DNA of 64,000 bases. Source: an uncultured beta proteobacterium (GTDB taxonomy: Bacteria; Pseudomonadota; Gammaproteobacteria; Burkholderiales; Burkholderiaceae_C). Location: the NCBI GenBank assembly GCA_963850525.1, contig CAWKLQ010000011.1:173196-237195 (forward strand), given 5' to 3'. Both the position numbers and the translations under genes were made by a program. The first letter of the stretch is position 1, and the number at the start of each line of letters is the position of its first letter. The notes beneath the pieces were generated by a model. It ran no database searches. It had not been told where the DNA came from and saw nothing but the letters and a program-made list of their open reading frames with translations. Below are positions 38,377 through 49,281 of the stretch, one piece after another.

Positions 38377-39341
38377 GTCGTGAACTCCCAGTGCGTCGGC
38401 GGCACACCCGCCACCGGCATGCGCAGTGACTCCAGGCGATCGCCGAGCAGGCAACCGAGCACGCCGGTGCGCAGGTCGGGACCGGCGAAGGCGAGGCTCG
38501 AGATGTTGCGCAGGCGCTGGCTGCGGATGCCGTCGAGGTGCGGTCGGTCCATCGCGTCGGCCTCGTACGCGGCCTCGACCCAGGCCAGATGCGCCGGGTC
38601 GGCGTCTTCGAGCCAGAGGGTTTGGCGACCGTCGGGCGCGACGCGGATCAGGCGGTTGCTGACGATGCTGGTGACCCAGGCGTTGCCGCCGACGTCGAAC
38701 GCCACACCGTCGGGGAAGGTCCCGGGACCAAATTCGCAAACCACTTCTTTCGCGCCGAGGTCTCCATTCGCCTGCAGCGCAAAGCGCGACAAGCGGCGCG
38801 CGAAAGTTTCATTGACGTAGAGCCAACGGCCACTCGGATGCCTTGCCACTTCGTTGGTATAGCCCAGTCCGTCGGCCACGACACGCGCGCCACGGGCAGT
38901 GACGCGCACGATGAAGCCATCATTGCAGTTGCGCCGGTAGCCGAGCGCACGGGGCTGCAAGCGCGTGCTGACGGTGACCCAGGCACCACCATCGGCGTCG
39001 AGCAGCACGAAGTTCGTCGGCGGCAAATCGACGCCGTCGGCCGCACGCAACCAGGGCGTGACGCGACCATCGCGGTCGAGACGGAAAACACCCCCCTCGG
39101 TCGCGCCGAGGTGGGTGACGAGGAACGAGCCGTCCTGCTGCAGCGCGATGCCGTTGGGTTTCAGCGCGAGGCCATCGGGGCCTGGCCCGGCATAGAGCGC
39201 CTGGCGACCGTCGGGCCGCAAGTGCGCGACGCCGCCGCGCCAGTCGGCGCTGAAGAGGTCGCCTGCCTGCGTCGCCAGCACGCACTCCGGCCGCACCAGA
39301 CCGGTGCCGAGCCCGGTGTCGGCGAGCTCGGACTTTTGCAT
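38373..39341 (-). CDS. SMP-30/gluconolactonase/LRE-family protein
   Basis: Beta-propeller-type repeats (PNGIALQQDG, PDGVAFDVGGNAWV). The start is set at ATG 39341 because GC3 collapses upstream of it. The ORF track extends to 39386. Confidence 0.75.
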   Translation of the reverse strand: MQKSELADTGLGTGLVRPECVLATQAGDLFSADWRGGVAHLRPDGRQALYAGPGPDGLALKPNGIALQQDGSFLVTHLGATEGGVFRLDRDGRVTPWLRAADGVDLPPTNFVLLDADGGAWVTVSTRLQPRALGYRRNCNDGFIVRVTARGARVVADGLGYTNEVARHPSGRWLYVNETFARRLSRFALQANGDLGAKEVVCEFGPGTFPDGVAFDVGGNAWVTSIVSNRLIRVAPDGRQTLWLEDADPAHLAWVEAAYEADAMDRPHLDGIRSQRLRNISSLAFAGPDLRTGVLGCLLGDRLESLRMPVAGVPPTHWEFTT

Positions 39342-39356
39342 CAGATGCGTTGTTGC

Positions 39357-39370
39357 ATTCATCAATGAAT
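39357..39370. promoter_or_regulatory. AT-rich dyad ATTCAT-CA-ATGAAT, candidate operator upstream of the lactonase-GntR operon
   Basis: Perfect 6+6 inverted repeat in the only AT-rich patch of the divergent region, 16 nt upstream of the preferred lactonase start. Confidence 0.35.
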
Positions 39371-39503
39371 ACGTTAACGCACGCATTCGACCTTCTCAAC
39401 GCGGGTTTTCCCGCGCCCGGGGACTCAGCAGCCATGCGGACGAGGCGCGCGGCAGATGGGGGCGCTCGCCGCCGCCGCCACCGGCCATGCGAACATTCCC
39501 GCC

Positions 39504-40409
39504 ATGCACGCCAAGCCCGCCGCTGGCCCGCCAGACCACGCCCCCCTGCGCCGGCGCTGCAACGCGCTGAGGGTCACGCTGGCCGCAGCGCTGTGGGCCC
39601 AACTCATGGGCTGCGCGGTGGTCGACTACGAACAGCGGCGCTGGATCTTCATGCCCGGCAACCGCAGCTGGGCGCCGGGGCTGGCGGCGGCGCAGGGCAT
39701 GGACGACGTGTGGATCGCCTACGTGTCAGCGCACCCGGAACACCTGGGCGAACCGGTGCGCCTGCACGGCCTGTGGCTGCCGCAACCCGACCCCGCAGCA
39801 CCGGTGCTGCTGTTCCTGCATGGCGTGCACTGGGACGTGCGCGCCAGCGCGCCGCGCATGCGCCAGCTGCACGCGCTGGGCTTTTCGGTGCTGGGAATCG
39901 ACTACCGCGGCTTTGGCCGCAGCAGCGAGGCGATGCCCTCCGAAACGCTCGTCGCCGAAGACGCACGCGCGGCGTGGGACTGGCTGGCGCGCACCCACCC
40001 GCAGTCGCGCCGCTATGTCTTCGGGCACTCGCTGGGCAGCGCAATTGCCGTGCAGCTCGCGCACGATGTGGCCGATGAAGCCGGCTTGATCGTCGAGGGC
40101 GCATTCACCTCGGTCGCCGATGTCTTCCGCAGCACGAGCTGGGGTTGGCTGCCGATCACCGGGCTGATCACGCAGCGCTTCGACGCCGGCGCGCGCATCG
40201 CCCAGGTCGGCTCACCGGTGCTGGTGGTGCATGCCAGCGAAGACACGATGATCGCGCCCCAGCTCGGGCGCGCGCTCTACGAGCTCGCGCTGCCGCCGAA
40301 ACGCTTTGTGCTCGTGCCGGGCGCCGTGCACGAAAACGCCGGTGCGGTCGGCGCGCAGCAATACTTTGAGGCGCTGCGCGATCTGTTCGGCCTGGGCAGC
40401 GCGCCGTAG
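39504..40409 (+). CDS. Alpha/beta hydrolase (serine aminopeptidase S33-like), probable lipoprotein
   Basis: Lipobox-like LMGC, LFLHGVHWD, and nucleophile elbow GHSLGSA. Alternative start at 39456. Confidence 0.75.
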   Translation: MHAKPAAGPPDHAPLRRRCNALRVTLAAALWAQLMGCAVVDYEQRRWIFMPGNRSWAPGLAAAQGMDDVWIAYVSAHPEHLGEPVRLHGLWLPQPDPAAPVLLFLHGVHWDVRASAPRMRQLHALGFSVLGIDYRGFGRSSEAMPSETLVAEDARAAWDWLARTHPQSRRYVFGHSLGSAIAVQLAHDVADEAGLIVEGAFTSVADVFRSTSWGWLPITGLITQRFDAGARIAQVGSPVLVVHASEDTMIAPQLGRALYELALPPKRFVLVPGAVHENAGAVGAQQYFEALRDLFGLGSAP

Positions 40410-40446
40410 CCGCGCCTTTGAACCGCTGGACCCCGGCCGGCGTGCA

Positions 40447-42156
40447 TCACCCGGTCGGCCACTCCACCGCACCGGAATGCGTCACCGCCCCCAGGTGCGC
40501 CGGCCCGACGAGCTTGGCGTATTTCTCCAGCACGCCCGCCAGCCGCTCGGTGGTGCGCGGCTTCCATGCGGCGCGGCGCTGCGCGATTTCTGAATCGCTC
40601 GCGAGCCAATCGAGCGTGCGCTTTTCGCCGTCGATGCGGATGCGGTCGCCGCTGCGCAGCAGTGCGATCGCGCCGCCGAGCGCCGCCTCCGGACCGATGT
40701 AACCCACCATCAAGCCGCGCGTCGCGCCGGAAAAACGCCCGTCGGTGAGCAGCGCGACTTTTTCGCCCATGCCTTGGCCGTAGACGAGCGCGGTGACGCC
40801 GAGCATCTCGCGCATTCCGGGGCCGCCCACCGGCCCTTCGTTGCGGATCACGAGCACTTCGCCGGCAGCGTAGGCGCGCGCCGTAACAGCGGCAAAGGCG
40901 TCTTCCTCGCACTCGAAGACCCGCGCCGGGCCTTCGAAGATCGAGCTCTTCAGGCCTGCGACCTTGATCAACGCCCCGTCGGGCGCGAGGTTGCCCTTGA
41001 GCACGACGACGCCGCCCGTGGCGAGCAGCGCCTGCTTGGAGCTTCGCACCACGTCGCCGTCGGGAGCGCCAACTCCGGCGAGCTCTTGCGCGAGCGTTCG
41101 GCCCGACAGCGCGAGCGCGTCGCCGTGCAGGTAACCACCGTCGAGCAGTGCTTTCAGCACGACCTGCACGCCGCCCACGCGGTGCAGGTCGATCGCGAGG
41201 TATTTGCCACCGGGTTGCAGGTTCGCGATCAAGGGGGTGCGCGCAAACACGTCGGCGACGTCGTCGAGCGTGAAGCGAATTCCCGCTTCGTGGGCGATCG
41301 CCGGCAGGTGCAGGCCGGCGTTCGTCGAGCCGCCGGTGGCGGCCACCGCCGCGGTCGCGTTTTCGAGCGACTTGCGCGTCACCAGATCGCGCGGCAGCGG
41401 GCCGCCTTGCAGCACGAGTTCGGCCGCGCGCCGGCCCGCCTGCCGCGCGAGCGCGAGGCGCTGCGAATACGCCGCGGGCAGCATCGCCGAGCCGGGGATC
41501 GCGAGGCCCAGCGTCTCGGCGACCATCGCCATCGTGTTCGCCGTGAACTGGCCCGGGCACGAGCCGAGCGTGGGCGCACACGCGTGGCCGAGTTCTTCGA
41601 GTTCGGCTTCGCTCATCGTGCCGTTCAAGACCGCGCCGACGCCTTCGTACGCGGTGAGGATGGTCACGTCCTGATCCCGCCAGCGCCCCGGCAACATCGC
41701 GCCGCCGTACACGAAGACGCTCGGGCAGTTGAGGCGCACCATCGCCATCATCACGCCGGGCAGCGTCTTGTCGCAGCCGGCAAAACCCACTAACGCGTCG
41801 TAGCAGTGGGCGCGCATCACGGCTTCGATCGAATCGGCGATCAGCTCGCGCGACACCAGGCTCATGCGCATGCCGCGGTGGTTCATCGACACGCCGTCGG
41901 ACACCGAAATCGTCGTGAAAGGCACGGCGATGCCCTGCCCAGCGGCGACGCCCAGGCGCGCCGCGTCGGCCTGGGGACCAAGCGACATCGAACACGGCGT
42001 GTTCTCGCCGTGCTGGCTGACGATGCCGACCATCGGCTTGCCGAAGTCCTCGTCACTCATGCCGACGGCGCGCAGAAAGGCGCGGTGCGGCGTGCGGTCC
42101 AGGCCTTGCTGGATGAAGCTCGAGCGCAGTGGCTTGTTCTTCTTGGCGTCGGTCAT
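40447..42156 (-). CDS. IlvD/Edd-family dehydratase (sugar-acid dehydratase-like)
   Basis: [17 protein letters not shown]..., [12 protein letters not shown], and CDKTLPG. GGAGAG RBS. Confidence 0.85.
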   Translation of the reverse strand: MTDAKKNKPLRSSFIQQGLDRTPHRAFLRAVGMSDEDFGKPMVGIVSQHGENTPCSMSLGPQADAARLGVAAGQGIAVPFTTISVSDGVSMNHRGMRMSLVSRELIADSIEAVMRAHCYDALVGFAGCDKTLPGVMMAMVRLNCPSVFVYGGAMLPGRWRDQDVTILTAYEGVGAVLNGTMSEAELEELGHACAPTLGSCPGQFTANTMAMVAETLGLAIPGSAMLPAAYSQRLALARQAGRRAAELVLQGGPLPRDLVTRKSLENATAAVAATGGSTNAGLHLPAIAHEAGIRFTLDDVADVFARTPLIANLQPGGKYLAIDLHRVGGVQVVLKALLDGGYLHGDALALSGRTLAQELAGVGAPDGDVVRSSKQALLATGGVVVLKGNLAPDGALIKVAGLKSSIFEGPARVFECEEDAFAAVTARAYAAGEVLVIRNEGPVGGPGMREMLGVTALVYGQGMGEKVALLTDGRFSGATRGLMVGYIGPEAALGGAIALLRSGDRIRIDGEKRTLDWLASDSEIAQRRAAWKPRTTERLAGVLEKYAKLVGPAHLGAVTHSGAVEWPTG

Positions 42157-42250
42157 GCACTCTCCGGGGCAGGGTTCGGGCAAGGGCCCGAGCCGCAGTG
42201 TGCACGAAACGCCGCCGCGCGCGGCGGTGCCCCGCGCCTGTACCCTACCG

Positions 42251-42829
42251 CTAGGGCGCGGCCAGAACGGCGCGAACCCGGCTCAGGAACTGCGGATCGA
42301 CGAGGCCGCCCGTCTTGCTGCTTCGCGCCGCGACGCGGCCGTTCGCATCGAGCAGCACGAGCACGCCGGTGTGATTGAACTCGCCGTCGGCGAGGGACCG
42401 GTAGCGCACGCCCAGCAGCGCGGCAAGCGCGCGAACGTCGGTGGGGCGCGGCTGCGCGAGCGTCCAGCGCGTCAGGTCCAGGCCGCGCTTGTCGGCAGTG
42501 GCCTGCAGGGCGTCGGGGTCGTCGTGCTGCGGGTCCAGGCTGATCAAGAGCACGCCCAGGTGCTGGCGCTCTGCCGGTGCGAGCTTTCGGTCCAGGTCGA
42601 GCACGGTGTCGATGATCGTCGGGCAGATGAATTTGCACGAGGTGTAGAACATCACGACGAGCTGGGCGCTGCCGCGTTTGGACGCGAGCGTGAAGCGGCG
42701 CCCGGATTGATCGGTGAGGGGCGCGTCGAGTTGATAAATCGAGTCGCTCGGCAGCGCACTGGGCGCAGCTTGCACGGCGAGCGCGGCCGTCATGAGAAGC
42801 AGGGAAGCGAGGTGGTGCAGCATGTCCAT
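42251..42829 (-). CDS. SCO1/SenC-family copper chaperone / thiol-disulfide oxidoreductase
   Basis: Signal peptide, CKFICP (CxxxCP) and a downstream His (FNHTG). Alternative ATG at 42823. Confidence 0.85.
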   Translation of the reverse strand: MDMLHHLASLLLMTAALAVQAAPSALPSDSIYQLDAPLTDQSGRRFTLASKRGSAQLVVMFYTSCKFICPTIIDTVLDLDRKLAPAERQHLGVLLISLDPQHDDPDALQATADKRGLDLTRWTLAQPRPTDVRALAALLGVRYRSLADGEFNHTGVLVLLDANGRVAARSSKTGGLVDPQFLSRVRAVLAAP

Positions 42830-42836
42830 CCCTGGT

Positions 42837-43595
42837 TCAGCGCGCACAACGGAACCCGAGGTTCGCCGTCGCATCGACGCCGTTCAGCGACGACAACATC
42901 GCAACGCGCATCAGCACCGCGTAGTTGTTGCGGTCGTTCACCGACAGGGCACCGGCGCCGCAAAACTCGAGCTTGTCAGGTGAACCTTGATCACGGTTGT
43001 CGGCCGAGACGAGCAGGGCCGAGAAGTCTTCGGTCCATTCCCACACCAGGCCGTGCAGGTCGCGCACGCCGTAGGCGTTGGGCTTTTGCAGACCCACTGC
43101 GTCGAGTGCGTACTTCGACGGTTTCGCGTACCAGGCGAGGATGCGCTCGCGCCACGCCGGGTCACTGCGTGCGTCGCTGCGTCGCTCGTCGGCCGCGGCT
43201 GCGTATTCCCATTCCGTCCACGTCGGCAGGCGCACGCCTTGCGCCTTGCAATACGCGTTCGCCGCAAACCAGCTGACCCAGACGACGGGCTGGCGTGCCT
43301 TCGCCATCGCCCCCAGCCGGTCCGCCGCCGCCCAGTGCGACAGGTAGCGCGACTCGGCGAAGACGCCGGCGATCCGATCCCGCCGCCACTGCGGATGCTT
43401 CTTGACAAAGGCAAGGAAGTCGGCGTTCGTCACCGGCACGCCCATCAATTGATACGGCGCGACGCGCACGGCGCCGGCGCTGTCTTCGTAGTTCAGGACC
43501 GAAGTGAACTCGCCGCCGGGCAGGCTCGCGTACGGGCCGGCGTGCGCCGCCGCGCTCGCCAGCGCGAGCCCCAGGAGAATGGCGATGCGGCGCAT
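42837..43595 (-). CDS. nirV: Formylglycine-generating-enzyme (SUMF1) fold protein, NirV-like
   Basis: Signal peptide plus FGE-sulfatase blocks (PVVWVSWFAANAYCKAQG.RLPTWTEWEYAA, GLVWEWTEDF). Sits immediately downstream of nirK, as described for nirV. Confidence 0.75.
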   Translation of the reverse strand: MRRIAILLGLALASAAAHAGPYASLPGGEFTSVLNYEDSAGAVRVAPYQLMGVPVTNADFLAFVKKHPQWRRDRIAGVFAESRYLSHWAAADRLGAMAKARQPVVWVSWFAANAYCKAQGVRLPTWTEWEYAAAADERRSDARSDPAWRERILAWYAKPSKYALDAVGLQKPNAYGVRDLHGLVWEWTEDFSALLVSADNRDQGSPDKLEFCGAGALSVNDRNNYAVLMRVAMLSSLNGVDATANLGFRCAR

Positions 43596-43609
43596 GTTGC
43601 CCCGCTTGT

Positions 43610-45130
43610 TCAGTGCTTTGCCGCGACCGGCGCGGGTTGCGCCTTGCGCTGCTGCGCAACCTGGTCTTTCGTCACCTTGCCGCCCGGATTGCCCCAGCTG
43701 CCCAACACATAAGTCAAGATGTTCGCAATTTCGTCGTCGTTGAGCTGGTTCATCGGCGGCATCACCGAGTTGTAGTCCTGGCCGTTCACTTTGACCGGGC
43801 CGCTTAAGCCTCGCAGCACGACGTCGATGATGCGCTTCGGGTCGCCTGCCAGGTAGTCCGACTTGGCCAGCGGCGGGAAGACCCCCGCCAAACCCGCGCC
43901 GTTGGGTTGATGACAGGTCGAGCAGGTTCCGGCAAAGAGCGCCTGACCCGCCTTCATCTGCTCGGCGATCGTCAGTTCGCCGCTCTTGGCAGACTTCGCC
44001 GCCGCAGTCACCGCAGCCAGGTTCGGCTGGGCGCGGTCGCCGAGGTAGACCTCGTCGACTTCCTTGCCCGAGTAGATCGCCTTGTTCTCCGGGCCGTCGA
44101 CCTTGAGGATGGCCAGCGCGCCCTTGTTGAAGGCGCGGAAGATCGAGTGGTCGACGAGCACATAGCTGCCCGGCACTTCGACCTGGAAGTCCATCATCGC
44201 CGCGCCGCCGGCCGGGATCAGCGTCGTCTGCACGTTCTCCTGAAAGCGTGTGCCGCCCTCGAACCAGACCTTGTCGAAGATTTCGCCGATGACGTGAAAG
44301 CTCGACACCAGGTTCGGCCCGCCGTTGCCGACGTACAGGCGCACCGTCTCGCCGGTTTTGGCGGTGATCGCCTTGTCGCCGGTGAGCGAGCCTTCGGCGC
44401 CGTTGAAGAGCACGTAAGTCGCGTTTTCGTCGATGGCTTTTTGCATGTCGAACGGCTGCTGCCCTTTTTCGCGGTATTTGCCGGTCGTGTAGAAGTCGCC
44501 CTGCATCACGTAGTACTCGCGGTCGACTTTGGGCAGGCCGCCCGGCGGCTCGACGAGGATCAGCCCGTACATGCCGTTCGCCACATGCATGCCTACCGGC
44601 GCGGTCGCGCAGTGGTAGACGTAGAGGCCCGCGTTGAGCGCCTTGAACGTGAACTGGGATCGATGCCCGGGTGCGGTGAAGCTCGACGCCGCTCCGCCTC
44701 CGGGGCCGGTGACGCCGTGCAAGTCGATGTTGTGCGGCATTTTCGAATCGGGTGCGTTCTTCAAGTGGAACTCGACCGTGTCGCCCTGGCGCACGCGGAT
44801 GAAGCTGCCGGGCACCGTGCCGCCGAAAGTCCAGAACGTGTAGCTCACGCCTTCGGAGATCGCCATCTCTTTCTCGATGACTTCGAGCTCGACGATCACC
44901 TTGGCGGGCGCGGTGCGAAGCGTCGGCGGCGGCACGTTCGGCGGGCTCGTCACTACCGCTTTCACGGGCTCGCCCTGAGGCGGACCGAAGTCGCCCTTGC
45001 GCGAGCCGCCGGTGTCGCCCGCTGCAGTTGTCGCTGCGGCGCCGAGGTTTGCTGACGGCGGCGCGGTCTCACGGCTGTTGCAGCCCGCGACCAAGAGCGC
45101 GGCGCACAGCAGCAAGGGGAAGCTTTGCAT
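43610..45130 (-). CDS. nirK: Copper-containing nitrite reductase with lipoprotein signal and fused C-terminal cytochrome c domain
   Basis: Lipobox LVAGC. Cu ligands HNIDLHG and [19 protein letters not shown]-terminal CSTCH haem c motif with downstream PPM. AGGAGA RBS before ATG 45130. Confidence 0.92.
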   Translation of the reverse strand: MQSFPLLLCAALLVAGCNSRETAPPSANLGAAATTAAGDTGGSRKGDFGPPQGEPVKAVVTSPPNVPPPTLRTAPAKVIVELEVIEKEMAISEGVSYTFWTFGGTVPGSFIRVRQGDTVEFHLKNAPDSKMPHNIDLHGVTGPGGGAASSFTAPGHRSQFTFKALNAGLYVYHCATAPVGMHVANGMYGLILVEPPGGLPKVDREYYVMQGDFYTTGKYREKGQQPFDMQKAIDENATYVLFNGAEGSLTGDKAITAKTGETVRLYVGNGGPNLVSSFHVIGEIFDKVWFEGGTRFQENVQTTLIPAGGAAMMDFQVEVPGSYVLVDHSIFRAFNKGALAILKVDGPENKAIYSGKEVDEVYLGDRAQPNLAAVTAAAKSAKSGELTIAEQMKAGQALFAGTCSTCHQPNGAGLAGVFPPLAKSDYLAGDPKRIIDVVLRGLSGPVKVNGQDYNSVMPPMNQLNDDEIANILTYVLGSWGNPGGKVTKDQVAQQRKAQPAPVAAKH

Positions 45131-45206
45131 GGAATTCTCCTGGGCGCGGCCCATGGCCGATGGGTTGGGGATGGTCACAGCTTGCGCCATGCCGCACCGT
45201 GACCCC

Positions 45207-45220
45207 TTGATCCACGTCAA
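45207..45220. promoter_or_regulatory. FNR/DNR/NNR-type box TTGATCCACGTCAA upstream of nirK
   Basis: Matches TTGAT-N4-GTCAA. It is centred ~84 nt upstream of the nirK ATG, in the 125-bp intergenic region. Confidence 0.65.
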
Positions 45221-45255
45221 AGCGCGGCGCGCGCCGCGGCTCGCCCCCTCGCCGG

Positions 45256-46212
45256 TCAGTGGCCTGCGATGCAGGCGTCGAGCAAGGCGTCGATGTCGGC
45301 TTCGACGCGCAGGCCTAGCGCCCGGGCACGATCGAACGAGCAATCCAGCGGCCAGCGGCCGAATTGCGCATCGAGCGCCGGCTGCGGGGCGTACGAGACG
45401 CGTGCCGGCGCTGCGCGGTCGATGCGGCCGAGCGCCGCGACGATGTCGGCGACGCGCACCGCGAGCGCAGGCGCGGTGAACGCGCGCTGCGCGCCGAGTT
45501 CGCTCGCATCCGCATCGGCGAGCCGGGTCAGGTTGTGCAGCGTGCTCGCGAGCGACGTGAGCCAGAGCGTCGCGTCGGGCCCGACGGGGCAGACGTACGC
45601 GCGCCCGGCGAGCGGCTCACGGATCAAATCGCTGTTGAACGCCGACAGCGCGCCGTTCGCGAGCGGCGGGCGCGGCACCACGCCCGACAGGCGCAAGGCC
45701 CGGCCGTCGATGAAGCCGCGACGCGTGTAGTCGTCGATCAACAACTCGATCGCGCGTTTGTGCGTGCCGTAGCTGAGCGTGGGCAGCGGCTGCGTCAGGT
45801 CGTCGATGCGCTGCGGCAGCGGCGTGCCGAACACGGCGATCGAACTTGCGTAGATGAAACGGGGAGGCGGCCCGCCGCGTTCGGCTTGCAGCCGGCAACG
45901 TTCGAGCAGCGCGAGGGTCGCGTCGAGGTTGATCCGTTTGCCCAGAGCGAAGTCCGCTTCGGCGCGACCACTCACGATGCCTGCGAGGTGGAACAGCCGG
46001 TGCACCGGGCGCTCGAACAACTTCTCGATGAGCAGCGGCTCGGCGATGTCGCCGACGATGCATGCGCCCTCGCCGTCCGGGCAGGCGAGGTCGGTCGCGA
46101 CCCACTCATGCATGTCGCGCGAGTTCAACGCCCTGCTGCGCAGATCCCAGCGCAAGCGCTGACCAATGAAACCGGCGGCCCCCGTGATGACGACGCGCCG
46201 CATTGCACTCAT
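45256..46212 (-). CDS. NAD-dependent epimerase/dehydratase-family protein
   Basis: [14 protein letters not shown] Rossmann motif and YGTHK (YxxxK). Confidence 0.8.
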   Translation of the reverse strand: MSAMRRVVITGAAGFIGQRLRWDLRSRALNSRDMHEWVATDLACPDGEGACIVGDIAEPLLIEKLFERPVHRLFHLAGIVSGRAEADFALGKRINLDATLALLERCRLQAERGGPPPRFIYASSIAVFGTPLPQRIDDLTQPLPTLSYGTHKRAIELLIDDYTRRGFIDGRALRLSGVVPRPPLANGALSAFNSDLIREPLAGRAYVCPVGPDATLWLTSLASTLHNLTRLADADASELGAQRAFTAPALAVRVADIVAALGRIDRAAPARVSYAPQPALDAQFGRWPLDCSFDRARALGLRVEADIDALLDACIAGH

Positions 46213-46276
46213 GGCGCGCAGTGTGCACGAAGCGGCGCCTGGGGCGTCGCGTCGCGGCTGCGGCATGATGCGCACC

Positions 46277-47263
46277 ATGATTCCTTTGTCCATTCTCGAT
46301 CTCGCCCCCATCGTCGAAGGCAGCGATGCCGTTCAAGCGCTGAAAAATAGCCTCGACCTCGCGCAACACGCCGAAACCTGGGGCTACCGCCGCTACTGGG
46401 TCGCCGAACACCACAACATGGACGGCGTCGCGAGTTCGGCGACCGCCGTGCTCGTGGGCCACATCGCCGGCGGCACGAAAACGATTCGCGTCGGCTCGGG
46501 CGGCGTGATGTTGCCCAATCACGCACCGCTGGTGATTGCCGAACAGTTCGGCACGCTCGCGACGCTGTATCCGGAGCGCATCGACCTGGGTCTGGGCCGC
46601 GCCCCCGGCACCGACCGCATGACGATGCACGCGCTGCGGCGCACCCTCACAAGCAACGACGAAGAAGACTTTCCGCGCGACGTGCTCGAGTTGCAGGCCT
46701 ACCTCGGCGAAGGCAGCGCCGACCAACCCGTGCGCGCGATTCCCGGAATCGGCACGCACGTGCCGATCTGGCTGCTCGGCTCGAGCCTGTACAGCGCGCA
46801 GCTTGCCGCCTACCTGGGGCTGCCGTTTGCGTTTGCTTCGCACTTCGCACCCGATTTGCTGCTGCAGGCGCTGGACGTTTACCGCAGGACGTACAAGCCA
46901 TCGACACGCTGGCCAAAAGCCCACGCGATGGTCGGCGTGAACGTCGTCTGCGCCGACACCGATGAAGCCGCCGCGTGGGCTTTCACGTCAATTCAGCAGC
47001 GGTTTCTCGGCATGCAGCGCGGCCGGCGCGGGCCGCTGCCCCGGCCGATCGACCCGGCGCAAATGGAGGCCCTATGGTCGCCGCAGGAGAAAGCCGGCGT
47101 GCAGCGCATGTTGCTCGCCGCCGCAGTCGGTTCGCCCGACAGCGTGCGCCGGCAGCTCGGGGAAATCGTCGAACAGACAGCTGCGGACGAACTGATCGTT
47201 GCCGGTGCGATCCACGACCACGCAGCACGACTTCGGTCATATCAGTTGCTGGCAGGACTTTGA
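46277..47263 (+). CDS. LLM-class (luciferase-like) flavin-dependent oxidoreductase
   Basis: [15 protein letters not shown]...[18 protein letters not shown]. ATGs at 46265/46268 are alternatives. Confidence 0.85.
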   Translation: MIPLSILDLAPIVEGSDAVQALKNSLDLAQHAETWGYRRYWVAEHHNMDGVASSATAVLVGHIAGGTKTIRVGSGGVMLPNHAPLVIAEQFGTLATLYPERIDLGLGRAPGTDRMTMHALRRTLTSNDEEDFPRDVLELQAYLGEGSADQPVRAIPGIGTHVPIWLLGSSLYSAQLAAYLGLPFAFASHFAPDLLLQALDVYRRTYKPSTRWPKAHAMVGVNVVCADTDEAAAWAFTSIQQRFLGMQRGRRGPLPRPIDPAQMEALWSPQEKAGVQRMLLAAAVGSPDSVRRQLGEIVEQTAADELIVAGAIHDHAARLRSYQLLAGL

Positions 47264-47331
47264 GATCAGCGAAGCCTTCAGTCGTGCCGTTCGGGCACAG
47301 CTGATGTTCTAAATAGTCCTGGAAAGGTAGT

Positions 47332-47347
47332 TGGCATGCGGATTGCA
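47332..47347 (+). promoter_or_regulatory. Sigma-54 (-24/-12) promoter TGGCAT-GCGGA-TTGCA
   Basis: The GG and GC dinucleotides have the canonical 12-nt register. It lies ~78 nt upstream of the ABC substrate-binding-protein start. Confidence 0.6.
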
Positions 47348-47424
47348 CTTGCCCACCCGCCGCCATACGATATTTGCGGCGATCCCTCGCCACCCCGACA
47401 TTGACTAAACACAGGAGACCCATC

Positions 47425-48435
47425 TTGACCATGATTTCCACCCGCGCGATGACACGCCGAAACTGCGTCGTCGCGGCCGCTCTTGCGGCCACTCTCGGCG
47501 CCATCAGTCTGCCCAGCGCAGCGCAGGCGCTGAAGGAAGTGAACTTCGTCGAAGCCGTCCACAACCTGGGCTACATCAACCTCTACGTGGGCCAGCACGC
47601 GAAGATTTTCGAGAAGCACGGCATCAAGCTCAACGTCAAGGCCGCAGGCGGCGACACGCAGGCGTTTGCTGCGGTGCTCGGCAAGTCGGCGCAGTTTGCG
47701 ATTGGCGACGCCACGATGGTGCAGATGTCGCGTGAACAGGGCGGCCCCGGCATCGTCGTCGGCACCGTCGTGCAGCGCGCGCACTATTTCGGGGTGTCGA
47801 AGAACAAGGAGCCGATCAAGGACCCGAAGGGCTTCAAGGGCTGGACCGTCGTGACCTCGCCCGAGCCGAACACCAACTTCTCGGTGACGAAGAAGATCCT
47901 CGAAGACAACGGCCTCAAGCCCAAGGTCGACACGAAGATTTTGGAAGTCAACCCGGGAACCGAAATCGCGGCGATGCTCGCGGGCCAGGCCGACATGGCC
48001 GTCGCGTACCAGCCCGGCGTGGCCAACGCGATGTCGCAAGGCGCGAAAGTCGTATTCGACTTCGCGAGCTACATGGGCCCGTTCTGCAACACCGGCATCA
48101 TGGTCCTGCCCGATTACGCGAAAGCCAACCCGGACATCGTGCAAGCGCTCGTCAGTGCGTTCGAAGAAGCGTCGCGCCTGACTTACGCCAAGCCCGCCTT
48201 CGCGAAGGAAGTCGCCCGCAAGGAGTTTCCGGACCTGCCCGCTGCGGTGGTCGACAAGGCGATCGACATGCAGCTCGAGTTCAAGATCCCCTCGCAATCT
48301 GTGAAGACCGATCCGAAGCAGTGGGAAAACCTGATCAAGATGCAGATCTATCTGAAGAACGTGAAGGGCACGATCCCGTTCAAGGACATCATCGACAACA
48401 GCTACGCGGAAAAAGCGATCAAGGCGATCAAGTAA
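47425..48435 (+). CDS. ABC transporter substrate-binding protein (NMT1/THI5-like, NitT/TauT family)
   Basis: Signal peptide ...LPSAAQA, then an NMT1-like fold sequence. TTG 47425 is 5 nt after AGGAGA; ATG 47431 is an alternative. Confidence 0.8.
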   Translation: MTMISTRAMTRRNCVVAAALAATLGAISLPSAAQALKEVNFVEAVHNLGYINLYVGQHAKIFEKHGIKLNVKAAGGDTQAFAAVLGKSAQFAIGDATMVQMSREQGGPGIVVGTVVQRAHYFGVSKNKEPIKDPKGFKGWTVVTSPEPNTNFSVTKKILEDNGLKPKVDTKILEVNPGTEIAAMLAGQADMAVAYQPGVANAMSQGAKVVFDFASYMGPFCNTGIMVLPDYAKANPDIVQALVSAFEEASRLTYAKPAFAKEVARKEFPDLPAAVVDKAIDMQLEFKIPSQSVKTDPKQWENLIKMQIYLKNVKGTIPFKDIIDNSYAEKAIKAIK

Positions 48436-48453
48436 AGCCCCTCGATTGAACGA

Positions 48454-49281
48454 ATGCAGCCGGTGATCGAGTCCCCGGCGGCAAGCTCGCAGCTCGGCCC
48501 GAACCCGGGCGCTCTGCTGGTTGCTGAAGGGATTGCCAAGACCTACTTCGTCGGTGGCCGCGCCAATGCGGTCATCGGCGACGTGTCGTTGCAGTTGAAG
48601 CGCGGCGAGATCGTCAGCGTCGTCGGCCCTTCGGGGTGCGGCAAAACGACGCTGCTCAATCTGTTGTGCGGCGTTCTGCCGCTGTCTGCCGGGCGCGTCG
48701 CGTGGCGCGGCCAGCCGCTCACCGGCATGCCCGACCGCGTGGGCTACATGTTGCAAAAAGACCTGCTGCTGCCGTGGCGCACCGCACTGGGCAACGTAAC
48801 GCTGGGCCTGGAAATCAAGAACGTGGCGCGTGAAGAACGCGAGGCGCGTGCCCACGCCTTGCTCGACACGGTCGGACTCAAGTCGTTTCACGATTACTAC
48901 CCGTCCAAACTCTCAGGCGGGATGCGCCAGCGCGTCGCGCTCGCGCGCACCCTCGTCACCGACCCCGAGGTGCTGCTGCTCGACGAGCCTTTTGCCGCGC
49001 TCGACTTCCAGACCAAGCTGCTGTTAGAGAGCGACATGGTGCGCCTCGTGCGCAGCGAAGGCCGATCCCTGCTGATGATCACGCACGACGTCGAAGAAGC
49101 GGTGTCACTGTCGGACCGCGTGCTCGTGCTCTCGCACCGGCCGTCGCGGGTGCGCGCGGTGCACGACATCGTGTTGGAGGCCGACCGCGACGACATGATG
49201 GCGGTGCGCCAGTCGCCGCGCTTCTTCGAACTCGTGCGCATGATCTGGAGCCAGCTCGAAGTGCGAGGCAGCGATGGCTGA
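48454..49281 (+). CDS. ABC transporter ATP-binding protein (NitT/TauT family)
   Basis: Walker A GPSGCGKTT, signature LSGGMRQR, and Walker B LLLDEP. Confidence 0.92.
   Translation: MQPVIESPAASSQLGPNPGALLVAEGIAKTYFVGGRANAVIGDVSLQLKRGEIVSVVGPSGCGKTTLLNLLCGVLPLSAGRVAWRGQPLTGMPDRVGYMLQKDLLLPWRTALGNVTLGLEIKNVAREEREARAHALLDTVGLKSFHDYYPSKLSGGMRQRVALARTLVTDPEVLLLDEPFAALDFQTKLLLESDMVRLVRSEGRSLLMITHDVEEAVSLSDRVLVLSHRPSRVRAVHDIVLEADRDDMMAVRQSPRFFELVRMIWSQLEVRGSDG

Noticed and set aside
47264-47424. Guanidine-I (ykkC) riboswitch ahead of the NMT1-ABC/amidase operon
   Set aside because: The conserved GGGUUCCG / GGUCCGAGAG / ACGGCGGGA cores are absent. A sigma-54 promoter explains the spacer better.
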